Shown: positions 1 to 9,466, counted from the stretch's first letter. The stretch: DNA of 29,739 bases from Fusobacteriota bacterium (GCA_051746725.1 JBNJFI010000017.1:1-29739), one strand, 5' to 3'. A program made the numbers and translations. The notes: generated by a model not told the origin, from the letters alone.

Positions 1-159
1 AGGCAAGAAATAATGGCGCCCTCAGAAGATAACCCTGGTATTATTGATAGTTTCAAACAGGTTTTGGGTTCTAAAATATATCCTAGGTATGCACATAATA
101 AAGAAATAAGTGATAAAATTTGGAAATTATGTAATGACTTGACTTCTGATCAGACATAA
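1..159 (+). CDS. 3' end of a gene truncated by the window edge; possibly an SDR-family (retinol dehydrogenase-like) oxidoreductase C-terminus
   Basis: Frame 1 is open from base 1 to TAA 157-159 (RQEIMAPSED...YAHNKEISDKIWKLCNDLTSDQT*). The tail AHNKEISDKIWKLCNDLT resembles the 'A.D.E.A..LW..S..LT' C-terminal helix of that SDR subfamily. Confidence 0.5.
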   Translation, partial: RQEIMAPSEDNPGIIDSFKQVLGSKIYPRYAHNKEISDKIWKLCNDLTSDQT

Positions 160-334
160 AGAAATTAAAAAAAACAAAGACAATTTTAATCTAATTTAAT
201 TGGTATTATGCGGACAAATACTTTTCTCGCTTATGGCCCGGTTAGGTAGGAATAGGGATATAAGTTTTTTTGTAAGGGTAAATGGCATTTTACCGAGTGT
301 GATTTGTTAATATAAATAGATGGAGGTGATTTAA

Positions 335-1555
335 ATAAAATCTAATGTACCAGACTACTCACAATTAAAAAGGAGAATAAATAACATAAATGGATTATCT
401 TTTATTATCCTAATAGCAATGATTATTTTTAGTTTAGGAATAATAATCAAAGAGATTTTTTCTTTTTCTAGTACACGGATTTTTATATTGCTAATGGCCT
501 TGCTATGCGTAACAGTGGCATTTCTATTGATTTATGGCAGGATGTTATTTATGAATAAGACTAATTTAAAAAAATTTAAAGGTGGCATTGGAAAATATAG
601 TTATGATGAACTATTAGAAATAACAAATGAATGTTTTCTAGAAATCAATAATAAAGAGATACCAACTATATATATCATTCCAGACAAGATTGGAAGTCCA
701 GCAGTAATTGATTCAATGTTTTTTAATATAATTAAGCCTTTTAATGCAATATATATACCAGAATATATATTTTATATTTTGAAAAAGGAAGAAATACAAG
801 CTATAATTGGACACGAGATTGGGCATTTTTATCATTATATTAATCCAATAAGTAGATCTATTTTTATTTTTTACCTATTTTTAGTTTTGTTTTTTATTTA
901 TGCTATAAATATTCATATCTCCGTTATGATATCTTTTATTTTACCAACTATATTTATCTTTCACAATTTTATATTCAGATTTGAAAGCAAGAATTATGAA
1001 TATTTAGCAGATTATTTCTCGGCCAAAAAGTATGGAACACTCAATCTCATAAATTCAATTATATCAATAAAAAAATATATAGAAATAGTCGAAAGTATTA
1101 ATGAAAGTATTTTAAATAAAATTAAAAATAATAAAATGCTGATAACAGAAGACTATAATAAGATATTTGAAGATGTATATAATAAATCAATGGAAAAATT
1201 AAAAAGCAAAACTAATATTGAGATTAAAGCTGATGAGATTTTAGATGAAAAACAAATCACAAAATATGAGAGAAAAATTTCAAAGATAAAACTATATTTT
1301 GATAATAAAAAAATTAAAAAAAATCTTAATGAAAATCAATATAAATTTGATAATAATATAGTTGATTGGAATAAATTTGATTTGAACAAAAATTACAGGA
1401 TAGATAAAGATGAATACAAAAAAATAATTGATTTAATAATTACTAATAAAGATGTTCGTTTCTTCAATGATTTATCTGAGTTAGAAAAATATAATAAAAG
1501 TCATCCAATACTTGCCAAAAGATTGTTATTTTTATATAAAAATTTGAATATTTAG
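335..1555 (+). CDS. M48-family (HtpX/Ste24-like) membrane zinc metallopeptidase; probable non-canonical ATA start at 335 (first ATG at 419)
   Basis: HEIGH zincin motif, downstream EYLAD third-ligand motif, C-terminal SHP..AKRL motif and hydrophobic TM segments. GGAGGTG SD at 322-328 precedes the in-frame ATA at 335. Confidence 0.8.
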   Translation: MKSNVPDYSQLKRRINNINGLSFIILIAMIIFSLGIIIKEIFSFSSTRIFILLMALLCVTVAFLLIYGRMLFMNKTNLKKFKGGIGKYSYDELLEITNECFLEINNKEIPTIYIIPDKIGSPAVIDSMFFNIIKPFNAIYIPEYIFYILKKEEIQAIIGHEIGHFYHYINPISRSIFIFYLFLVLFFIYAINIHISVMISFILPTIFIFHNFIFRFESKNYEYLADYFSAKKYGTLNLINSIISIKKYIEIVESINESILNKIKNNKMLITEDYNKIFEDVYNKSMEKLKSKTNIEIKADEILDEKQITKYERKISKIKLYFDNKKIKKNLNENQYKFDNNIVDWNKFDLNKNYRIDKDEYKKIIDLIITNKDVRFFNDLSELEKYNKSHPILAKRLLFLYKNLNI

Positions 1556-1654
1556 TTGATAAATATTTCTGGAGATAGAAATTTTGAAATTTCTATAAAA
1601 TAGAGTTGCCTTGATTTTTTAATGATAAAATCTGTGAATATTTATGAAACGATT

Positions 1655-1682
1655 TTGATAATAGTGGGTGATATGATATAAT
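1655..1682 (+). promoter_or_regulatory. Putative sigma70 promoter of the Crp/Fnr gene
   Basis: TTGATA (1655-1660), 16 nt, then TATAAT (1677-1682) with an extended -10 TG. Confidence 0.5.
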
Positions 1683-1736
1683 AAAGAGGTAAGCTATAAA
1701 TCAAAACTATAAAGTATTTGAAGTTTAGGAGGAAAG

Positions 1737-2414
1737 ATGTATAAAAAATTAAAAAAATTAAGTTTATTTAAAGATATTTCGATTGAAAAAATAAAAAAGT
1801 ATTTTGATACTATTAATTATAGAAAAAAAGATTTTTCTAAAGATGAAATCATTGGATTTAGAGGCGATAAATATGAAGAGTTAATTATTTTAATTGACGG
1901 TAAAGTAGAAGGCAAGATGCCAAGCTTAAGTGGAGAAACTAAACAAGTTGAAATAATGACAGGCCCTAAAGTGTTAGCACCTAACTTTATATTTGGTAAA
2001 AACATATTACCTGTAGATATAATTGCTAAAAATGATTCAGAGGTTGTCTTTATCAAAAAAGAAGATTTATTAAATCTGTTTCAAAGTGATAAAAAAATAT
2101 TAGAAAATTATTTAAATATTCTCTGTAAGAAAAGCTATTTTTTAACACAGAGAATTTTTGATAATTTTACATATAAAACAATTAAAGAAAAACTAACTAA
2201 TTACTTTTTAAAAAATTTAAATGAAAAGAATAGTGAAGTGAAAATAAAAATGACTCAAAGAGAATTAGCTGAATATTTTGGTATAAGAAGACCTTCGTTA
2301 TCAAGAGAAATAAAAAAATTAAGAGACCAAGATTTAATAAAAAAAATTGGTCGTAATAAATACAAAATACTTAATAAAGAAAAACTTTTAGAAATATTAG
2401 ATGAAGAATTGTAA
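1737..2414 (+). CDS. Crp/Fnr-family transcriptional regulator (HcpR-like)
   Basis: N-terminal cNMP-binding beta-barrel-like region and C-terminal HTH 'MTQRELAEYFGIRRPSLSREIKKL'; AGGAGG SD. Confidence 0.9.
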   Translation: MYKKLKKLSLFKDISIEKIKKYFDTINYRKKDFSKDEIIGFRGDKYEELIILIDGKVEGKMPSLSGETKQVEIMTGPKVLAPNFIFGKNILPVDIIAKNDSEVVFIKKEDLLNLFQSDKKILENYLNILCKKSYFLTQRIFDNFTYKTIKEKLTNYFLKNLNEKNSEVKIKMTQRELAEYFGIRRPSLSREIKKLRDQDLIKKIGRNKYKILNKEKLLEILDEEL

Positions 2415-2470
2415 TATAAATTTAAAACCAATCTAGATGTAATACCAAAAGGAACTTTTTTGAATTAAAA

Positions 2471-2499
2471 TTGAAATATTTTTTCAAATAAAGTATAAT
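2471..2499 (+). promoter_or_regulatory. Putative sigma70 promoter
   Basis: TTGAAA (2471-2476), 17 nt, TATAAT (2494-2499). Confidence 0.65.
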
Positions 2500-2546
2500 A
2501 TCTTAACTTAGGAAGTTTTTAATTGTTCGCGGGGAGGAGTGATAAT

Positions 2547-3245
2547 GTGGAAAAAGAAAACAAAAAAGTCCCTTTTTTGATAACGATTTCTTATCTTATT
2601 ACTTTTTTGACAATAAGGTTAATGGTAATAATAGCTGGTTCTGCTGAGAGTGAGTTTGCAAAAGTAGCAAAAGAAGGTATGACACCAGACTCTAAGTTTT
2701 ATATAGGGCGAAATATAATTTTGTTCGGTCATCATATTCATCACTTCTATTTTGGGATTGTTTTAATTGCAATCGCAGGATGGATTGCAATAGTAAAAAA
2801 GCCAGAGATAAGCTTGGAAAAACTAGCTATAACATATGGTATAGGATTGGGACTTTTCATGGATGAAATTGGCTTATTATTAACTTGGGGAGATTATTAT
2901 TCAGACTTGACTTATCAGCTGAGTTTATTACTAGGGGGGATATTTTTAAATATAGTTTTCTTTCCCGATTTCTGGAACGAGGTTAAAGATAAACTTGTAA
3001 AAAGTAATCCACATTCAGTGATGTATGATCTTGTATTTCACAAAACAAATTTTATAAAGGTGGTTGATAATATGAGTGATAAAGTTAGTAATACAGAAAA
3101 AGCAAGTTTAGTTTTTAGTGGAGTTATATATTTATGTTTAGGAGTATTAATTTTATTATACCCAAAATTTGTATATTATTGGGTTGCAGGTGCTTTTCTT
3201 ATACAAGGGGTATCTTCTTTAGTGCGGGCATGGAAAGAAGATTAA
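2547..3245 (+). CDS. Uncharacterised integral membrane protein with HIHH...GLGLFMDE motif and a DUF3096-like C-terminal hairpin
   Basis: Several TM helices. GGAGGAG SD at 2533-2539 favours GTG 2547 over the TTG 2523 of the ORF track. Confidence 0.75.
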   Translation: MEKENKKVPFLITISYLITFLTIRLMVIIAGSAESEFAKVAKEGMTPDSKFYIGRNIILFGHHIHHFYFGIVLIAIAGWIAIVKKPEISLEKLAITYGIGLGLFMDEIGLLLTWGDYYSDLTYQLSLLLGGIFLNIVFFPDFWNEVKDKLVKSNPHSVMYDLVFHKTNFIKVVDNMSDKVSNTEKASLVFSGVIYLCLGVLILLYPKFVYYWVAGAFLIQGVSSLVRAWKED

Positions 3246-3269
3246 AAATGTAATTAATAGGAGGTTGGC

Positions 3270-4265
3270 ATGAAAAAAATAACAATACTAATTATTTTGT
3301 TTTGTATGATTACTTTTAAGGTGTTTTCCAACGATAAGAAGCTTTTAATAATAGACTCTCAAAGCCAAGATCCTTATAAAACATTAAGAGTCTCTGTCTT
3401 AGATGAATTGGAAACTTTAGGGTATAAAAAAAACCATAATCTTGAAATAGATTATACAAATGCTGGAAATTATAGAGGAAGAGCCTTTAACATTTTAAAA
3501 GCGAGACTAGTGCATTACCAAAAAAATTATGACGCTATTTTTTTGAATGGAACCATTGCTTCCTTAGGATCTTTAGATTTAATCAAAAAAAATGATTTAA
3601 ATCTGGGAAATTTAAATATTATTTTTGCTAACGTTACAGATCCAATAGGAATTGGTTTGATAAAAAACTTTAAATTAGATAATAAAATTACTGGAGTGTC
3701 ATATCCCATAGATATAGAAAAAAGACTAAATTTTATTAAAGAAATTTTTGGAGATAATATAGTAATAGGGTATATATATTCAGATATGCCTCAATCATTG
3801 GCTTATAAAAAATGGCTAGAAGAGGAATTGAAGAAAGATGATTTTGAGAATATGAAAATTATTTTTAAAAAAGTCAGTTTTGTAAAAAGTGATGCAGGAC
3901 ACAAAAGAATGGTTTTGTTAGCTAAAGATATAGTTCAAGAGTTAGATTCTAAAGTTGATATTTTCTTAAGTCCAAATGATCAACTTGGAACTTCTGATGA
4001 ATTTGGATTAATGGTATTTAATACTGCAAAAAAACCCTTAGTTGGTCTGGAAGAAGAAAGAGGAGCTGCTTTGGCATTGGGTCCTAATTTAAAGGAAAAT
4101 GGTAAAATTATAGCCTCGATGATAAATCGAGTCTTTAATGGGGAATCCTTAGAGAATATAAAACCTCAAAAAAGCACTTGTAAAATATACTTGAATGAGG
4201 AAATTATAAAGAGATTTGATATAAAAGTACCTAAAAAAATTAAAGAAGATAAAAACATCGAATAA
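3270..4265 (+). CDS. ABC transporter substrate-binding protein (ABC_sub_bind / PF04392-like), orphan
   Basis: Signal peptide; 'IIFANVTDPIGIGLI...KITGVS' motif typical of this family; AGGAGG SD. Confidence 0.8.
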   Translation: MKKITILIILFCMITFKVFSNDKKLLIIDSQSQDPYKTLRVSVLDELETLGYKKNHNLEIDYTNAGNYRGRAFNILKARLVHYQKNYDAIFLNGTIASLGSLDLIKKNDLNLGNLNIIFANVTDPIGIGLIKNFKLDNKITGVSYPIDIEKRLNFIKEIFGDNIVIGYIYSDMPQSLAYKKWLEEELKKDDFENMKIIFKKVSFVKSDAGHKRMVLLAKDIVQELDSKVDIFLSPNDQLGTSDEFGLMVFNTAKKPLVGLEEERGAALALGPNLKENGKIIASMINRVFNGESLENIKPQKSTCKIYLNEEIIKRFDIKVPKKIKEDKNIE

Positions 4266-4277
4266 AAAGTTTAAAAT

Positions 4278-4319
4278 AAAAGCAAAAAAGATTTAAAATT
4301 AATCTTTTTTGCTTTTTTT
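4278..4319 (+). terminator. Rho-independent terminator
   Basis: 16-bp inverted repeat AAAAGCAAAAAAGATT / AATCTTTTTTGCTTTT followed by a T run, just after the stop at 4265. Confidence 0.8.
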
Positions 4320-4350
4320 ATCATATCAGATAAACTATCTAAAATCTATA

Positions 4351-4379
4351 TTGAAATACTTTATTTAGTATGATATAAT
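4351..4379 (+). promoter_or_regulatory. sigma70 promoter of the pcrA-lpx operon
   Basis: TTGAAA (4351-4356), 17 nt, TATAAT (4374-4379), with extended -10 TG at 4371-4372. Confidence 0.75.
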
Positions 4380-4407
4380 ATATTTAGATTAAATAAGGAG
4401 AGTGTTT

Positions 4408-6576
4408 ATGGGAATTTTAAATGATTTAAATGAGAGGCAAAAAAAGGCAGTATTACAAACAGATGGTCCACTTCTAATTTTGGCAGGAGCAGGTAGTGGA
4501 AAGACTAGAACATTGACATATCGTATAGCGTATATGATAAAAGAGAAAGGGATTTCTCCATATAATATTTTAGCAATGACATTTACAAATAAGGCAGCAA
4601 AAGAGATGAAAGATAGGGTTATTCAACTAGCAGGCGAGGAAGGAAAGAAAGTTTTGATATCTACTTTTCACTCGTTTGGTGTCCGTTTAATAAGAATGTA
4701 TGGTGAAAAAATAGGGTATAGTTCTAATTTTAATATATATGACGTATCTGAGCAAAAGAAGATAATGTCTCAGATAATCAAAAAATTAAAAATAAATGTA
4801 AAAGAGTTAACTCCCAAAAAAGCTGTTGCTATAATAAGTAAATTAAAAGAAGATGGTATGTTACCGGAGGAATATGAGAAAACAGCATATACTCCTTTTA
4901 CAAAGGCAATTTCTGAAATTTATCACGAGTATCCAAAGGAATTAAAAAAGAACAATGCAATGGATTTTGCTGATTTATTATTATATACAGATGAACTTTT
5001 AAACATAAAGGAAATAAAAGATAAAATCCAAGATCAGTATAAATATATCATGGTTGATGAATATCAAGATACAAATAGAATCCAATATTCTATAATACAT
5101 AATATAGCTGAGAAAAACAAAAATCTGTGTGTTGTTGGAGATGAGGATCAGAGTATATATGGTTTTCGTGGAGCAGACATAAGAAATATCCTTAATTTTG
5201 AAAGTGATTATAAAAATGCAACAACAATAAAACTAGAACAAAATTATAGATCTACACAAATAATATTAGATACAGCAAATAAATTAATAGAAAACAATGA
5301 AAGTTCTAAAGGTAAAAAACTATGGACTGACCTTGAAGAAGGGGAAAAAATTGAAGTATATGAAGCTATTAAGGCAGAAGACGAAGCTAAATATATTAAG
5401 GATAAAATCATTGAACTTACTTCTCTCAAGGGATATTCATATAAGGATATAACGATTTTATATAGAACAAATTCTCAATCAAGAAATTTTGAAGAATTCT
5501 TTATACGAGATCAAGTACCATATAAAATTTATGGAGGTACTCAATTTTATCAAAGAAAAGAGATAAAAGATGTTATAGCCTATTTAAAGATTGTAAATAA
5601 TACAAGAGATGAGATAAGTTTACGGAGAATAATAAATACTCCAAAAAGAGGGATCGGGAAAAAAACAATAAGTAAAATTGAAAAACAGATGGAAAATTTA
5701 AATGTTCCATTTTTCTATATTTTAAAAAATGCAAAAGAGATATCAGGGTTATCATCAAGAGTAAGTAATATTTTATATGAGTTATATGAAGTTTTTGATG
5801 AACTAATTGAATTAACTAAGGAAGCGACTACTTCTAAAGTTTTAGATAAATTGTTAGAAAGAGTAGATTTTCAAAAAAGATATGAGGAAATTGATGAATT
5901 AGATCGAATAGAAAATATACAAGAATTAAGAAATAGTATATTACAACAAGAAAAAAATGAAGAATTTATAAGTTTAGCTGACTATCTTGAAAATGCCGCT
6001 TTAGAACCAGTAGGAAAAGTTGTTGAAGAGGATAATCATGTAAAACTTATGACTATACATAGAGCCAAAGGATTGGAATTTCCAATTGTATTCTTAACTG
6101 GATTAGAAGATGATCTTTTTCCTGGCAAAAAAGTAATGAATAATGAAGATGAATTAGAAGAAGAAAGAAGATTATGTTATGTTGCAATAACAAGAGCTGA
6201 AAAACAATTATTTTTATCATATGCAAAGTCAAGAATGAAATATGGAGAATTAACTTTTAATAGAAGACCTTCAAGATTTTTACAAGATATGCCAAAGAAA
6301 AATTTAAATTCACCTAAAATGAAATTGAGAACTAATGGCTATAAACAGAGTACCATAAAAAATATGGATGATTTAAAGCGAAAAATGAGAAAAAGAAAGA
6401 AGAAGAAAAACAAAATAAATTCTGATTATAATATTGGACAATATGTAAAACATAAAGCTTTCGGCGAAGGAAAAATCAAAAATATAGAAGTTGGAAAACT
6501 TTTAATCTCTTTCCCGGGATACGGAGAAAAGAAATTTAAAACAAGCATAGCTAAAAAATTCTTAGAAAAAGTATAA
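4408..6576 (+). CDS. pcrA: ATP-dependent DNA helicase PcrA/UvrD
   Basis: Motif I AGAGSGKT, TFTNKAA, VDEYQDTN, VGDEDQSIYGFRGA, LEQNYRST, TIHRAKGLEF, EEERRLCYVAITRA and a C-terminal V.H..FG.G Tudor-like domain. AGGAG SD favours ATG 4408. Confidence 0.95.
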   Translation: MGILNDLNERQKKAVLQTDGPLLILAGAGSGKTRTLTYRIAYMIKEKGISPYNILAMTFTNKAAKEMKDRVIQLAGEEGKKVLISTFHSFGVRLIRMYGEKIGYSSNFNIYDVSEQKKIMSQIIKKLKINVKELTPKKAVAIISKLKEDGMLPEEYEKTAYTPFTKAISEIYHEYPKELKKNNAMDFADLLLYTDELLNIKEIKDKIQDQYKYIMVDEYQDTNRIQYSIIHNIAEKNKNLCVVGDEDQSIYGFRGADIRNILNFESDYKNATTIKLEQNYRSTQIILDTANKLIENNESSKGKKLWTDLEEGEKIEVYEAIKAEDEAKYIKDKIIELTSLKGYSYKDITILYRTNSQSRNFEEFFIRDQVPYKIYGGTQFYQRKEIKDVIAYLKIVNNTRDEISLRRIINTPKRGIGKKTISKIEKQMENLNVPFFYILKNAKEISGLSSRVSNILYELYEVFDELIELTKEATTSKVLDKLLERVDFQKRYEEIDELDRIENIQELRNSILQQEKNEEFISLADYLENAALEPVGKVVEEDNHVKLMTIHRAKGLEFPIVFLTGLEDDLFPGKKVMNNEDELEEERRLCYVAITRAEKQLFLSYAKSRMKYGELTFNRRPSRFLQDMPKKNLNSPKMKLRTNGYKQSTIKNMDDLKRKMRKRKKKKNKINSDYNIGQYVKHKAFGEGKIKNIEVGKLLISFPGYGEKKFKTSIAKKFLEKV

Positions 6577-6588
6577 TAGGAGATTGTT

Positions 6589-7452
6589 ATGGAGATAAAA
6601 AGGAAAACTCTAATGAGAGAAGTTAGTTATAAAGGGATTGGATTACATAAAGGAGAAGAAATCCAAATAAAATTAATTCCTGCTCCTGTTAATACAGGAA
6701 TCATTTTTAAAAGAGTTGATGTGGAAGTTGAAAACCCAAAAGATAATGAAATACCAATGGATATAAATTTAGTTTTTAATCCTACAAGAGGAACTAATTT
6801 AAAAAATAAATATGATATTAAAATACATACTGTTGAACATTTTTTATCTGCATTGTATGCATATGGAATATCTGATTTAATTGTAGAAGTAAATGGAAGT
6901 GAAATGCCTATAGGAGATGGTAGCGCCTTCCCTTTTTTGGAATTAGTTGATATAGCAGGAATTAAGGAATTTGAAGAAAAGATGGAAGTTCTTGAAATCA
7001 CAGAGCCAGTCTATGTAGCGGAGGAAGACAAGTATATTATTGCGCTTCCTCACAATGAATATAAAATAACATATGCTGTGAATTATAACCATGATTTTTT
7101 AAAATCTCAGTTGATAGAACATGAAGTCACTAAAGAAAATTATAAAAATAAAATATCAAAAGCTAGAACATTTGGATTTGATTATGAAATCGAGTATTTA
7201 AAAGCCAACAATTTAGCACTGGGAGGAAGCTTGGAAAATGCAATTGTTGTAACCAAAGATGGAGTTTTAAATCCAGATGGATTAAGATTTGAAAATGAAT
7301 TTGTAAATCATAAAGTTTTAGATTTAATAGGTGATCTAAAATTGCTAAATAAAATAATAAAAGGTCATATAATTGCTATAAAAGCAGGGCATGCCTTGGA
7401 TGTAAAGTTTGCAAAGGAATTAATCAAAAAAAATGGAGGAAAAAAATGTTAA
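6589..7452 (+). CDS. lpxC: UDP-3-O-acyl-N-acetylglucosamine deacetylase
   Basis: [32 protein letters not shown] zinc motifs. Confidence 0.97.
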   Translation: MEIKRKTLMREVSYKGIGLHKGEEIQIKLIPAPVNTGIIFKRVDVEVENPKDNEIPMDINLVFNPTRGTNLKNKYDIKIHTVEHFLSALYAYGISDLIVEVNGSEMPIGDGSAFPFLELVDIAGIKEFEEKMEVLEITEPVYVAEEDKYIIALPHNEYKITYAVNYNHDFLKSQLIEHEVTKENYKNKISKARTFGFDYEIEYLKANNLALGGSLENAIVVTKDGVLNPDGLRFENEFVNHKVLDLIGDLKLLNKIIKGHIIAIKAGHALDVKFAKELIKKNGGKKC

Positions 7453-7868
7453 AAATTGAAGAAATAATGGAAAGAATACCGCACAGATACCCTTTTTTGT
7501 TAGTAGATAGAGTTTTAGAAATGGAAGAGAAAAAAAGTATTAAAGCAATAAAAAATGTAACTTTTAACGAAGAATTTTTTCAAGGACATTTCCCAGGACA
7601 TCCTGTTATGCCAGGAGTTCTTATAGTTGAAGGAATGGCTCAAGCATTAGGTGTTTTAGTTATGAATAAAGATGAAGATAAAGTTCCATATTTTATGTCG
7701 ATTAATAATGCTAAATTTAGAAAACCAGTAAAACCAGGAGATCAATTAGAATATCACTTAGAAATAACAAAATTAAAATCAAAAATTATGAAAGCTAAAG
7801 GAAAAGCTTATGTAGATGGTAAAGTAGCTGCACAGGCAGAACTTATGTTTTCAATAGTTGATAAATAA
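7446..7868 (+). CDS. fabZ: 3-hydroxyacyl-ACP dehydratase
   Basis: [36 protein letters not shown]. Confidence 0.97.
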   Translation: MLKIEEIMERIPHRYPFLLVDRVLEMEEKKSIKAIKNVTFNEEFFQGHFPGHPVMPGVLIVEGMAQALGVLVMNKDEDKVPYFMSINNAKFRKPVKPGDQLEYHLEITKLKSKIMKAKGKAYVDGKVAAQAELMFSIVDK

Positions 7869-7883
7869 AATTGAGGTGTAAAA

Positions 7884-8657
7884 ATGGGAAATAAAATTGC
7901 AGCTACAGCAATAATAGAAGAAGGGGCAAAATTAGGAGATGACATTGAAATAGGTCATCATGTTATAATAGGAAAAGATGTTGAAATAGGGGATAATACT
8001 ATTATAAAATCTAATACCGTTATACGTGGAAAAACTAAAATAGGTAAAAATAATACTATATATCAGTTTACAACACTAGGAGAAGACCCTCAAGATTTAA
8101 AATACAAGGGTGAAGATACTAAATTAATAATTGGAGATAATAATAAGATTAGAGAATATGTAACTATGAATAAAGGTACAATTGCATCTGGAAAAACAGT
8201 AGTAGGAGATAACAATCTATTTATGGCATATGCTCATGTTGCTCATGATTGTATCGTGGGAGATAATTGCATCCTAGCTAATGCTGTTACATTAGGAGGT
8301 CATGTAGAAGTGTCTGATTGGGCAATCTTAGGCGGATTAACTGGTGTACATCAGTTTGTCAAGATAGGAAAACATGTTATGGTAGGGGGAGCTTCTGCTA
8401 TCAAAAAAGATGTAATGCCTTATGTTATAATAGATGGAAATGATCCTAAAGTAAGGGGGATAAACACAATTGGTTTGAAGAGGCGTGGTTTTTCCAAAAA
8501 AGATATTTATAATATAAAGCAAGCTTTTAAAATCATATTTAAATCTGATCTTCGTTTAGAAGAAGCATTGGAAAAAATAAAAAATGAATATTCATCAAAG
8601 TTTACGAAGTTATTTGAATTATTCGCAAATCAAAGCGAGAGAGGAATTTATAGATAA
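7884..8657 (+). CDS. lpxA: Acyl-ACP-UDP-N-acetylglucosamine O-acyltransferase
   Basis: Hexapeptide repeats, PQDLKY, HVAHDC, GVHQF, GLKRRGF. Confidence 0.97.
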   Translation: MGNKIAATAIIEEGAKLGDDIEIGHHVIIGKDVEIGDNTIIKSNTVIRGKTKIGKNNTIYQFTTLGEDPQDLKYKGEDTKLIIGDNNKIREYVTMNKGTIASGKTVVGDNNLFMAYAHVAHDCIVGDNCILANAVTLGGHVEVSDWAILGGLTGVHQFVKIGKHVMVGGASAIKKDVMPYVIIDGNDPKVRGINTIGLKRRGFSKKDIYNIKQAFKIIFKSDLRLEEALEKIKNEYSSKFTKLFELFANQSERGIYR

Positions 8658-9466
8658 TGAAAACAAAAGATAATATAGGAATAATAGTAGGAAAAGGAAA
8701 ATTGCCGTATTATTTTTATAAAGTTGCAAGTAAAAAACATAATGTTTTTCCTTTGGGATTATTTGACGAAGTGTGTAGTGAAATAAAAAAAATAGACAAT
8801 TATAGACAATTTAATTTGGGACATCTAGAAGAGATAAAAAATTATCTTCTTCAAAATAAGATTGAAAAATTAATTATGTTGGGGAAAGTTGAAAAGAGCA
8901 TTATTTTTAATGATTTAGATTTAGATACGACTTTTCAAGAAGTAGTTGCAATGCTTCCTGATAGAAAAGATGAAACCATTGTTTTGGGAATTATCGAATA
9001 TTTGAAAAGAAATGGTATAGATATTTTACCTCAAAATTATATGATTGATAATCTATTGGTAAAAGAAAAGTTATACACTGAAAGTGCTCCTGACATAGTA
9101 GATGAAAACACAATAAAAATTGGAATAGAAGCTGCTAGTATGTTAGGTAAATTAGATGTGGGACAGACTGTTGTAGTAAATAATCAATCGGTTGTTACTC
9201 TAGAGGGAGTAGAAGGAACTGATAAAACTATACAAAGAGCCGGAAAATATGCCCCTAGAGATTCAATTGTTGTTAAGGTTGCACGTCCAGATCAAGATAT
9301 GAGGATAGATGTTCCTGCAATAGGAGAAGATACAATAGATGAAGTTATTAATATAAATGGTAAGGGAATTGTCATAGAAGCTAATCGAGTTATTTTTTTA
9401 GATAAAGAAAAAGTGATCAAAAAAGCTAATGATCATGGTATATTTATTAAAGGAATAGTAGTTTGA
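8657..9466 (+). CDS. lpxI: UDP-2,3-diacylglucosamine diphosphatase LpxI
   Basis: GIIVGKGKLP, LDVGQTVVV, EGVEGTD, QDMRIDVPAIG; located between lpxA and lpxB. Confidence 0.92.
   Translation: MKTKDNIGIIVGKGKLPYYFYKVASKKHNVFPLGLFDEVCSEIKKIDNYRQFNLGHLEEIKNYLLQNKIEKLIMLGKVEKSIIFNDLDLDTTFQEVVAMLPDRKDETIVLGIIEYLKRNGIDILPQNYMIDNLLVKEKLYTESAPDIVDENTIKIGIEAASMLGKLDVGQTVVVNNQSVVTLEGVEGTDKTIQRAGKYAPRDSIVVKVARPDQDMRIDVPAIGEDTIDEVININGKGIVIEANRVIFLDKEKVIKKANDHGIFIKGIVV

Noticed and set aside
2545..2580. Out-of-frame ATG (MWKKKTKKSLF*) sharing the SD with GTG 2547
   Set aside because: Probably a chance ATG in 'AATGTG'; the in-frame GTG has better spacing and gives the full protein.
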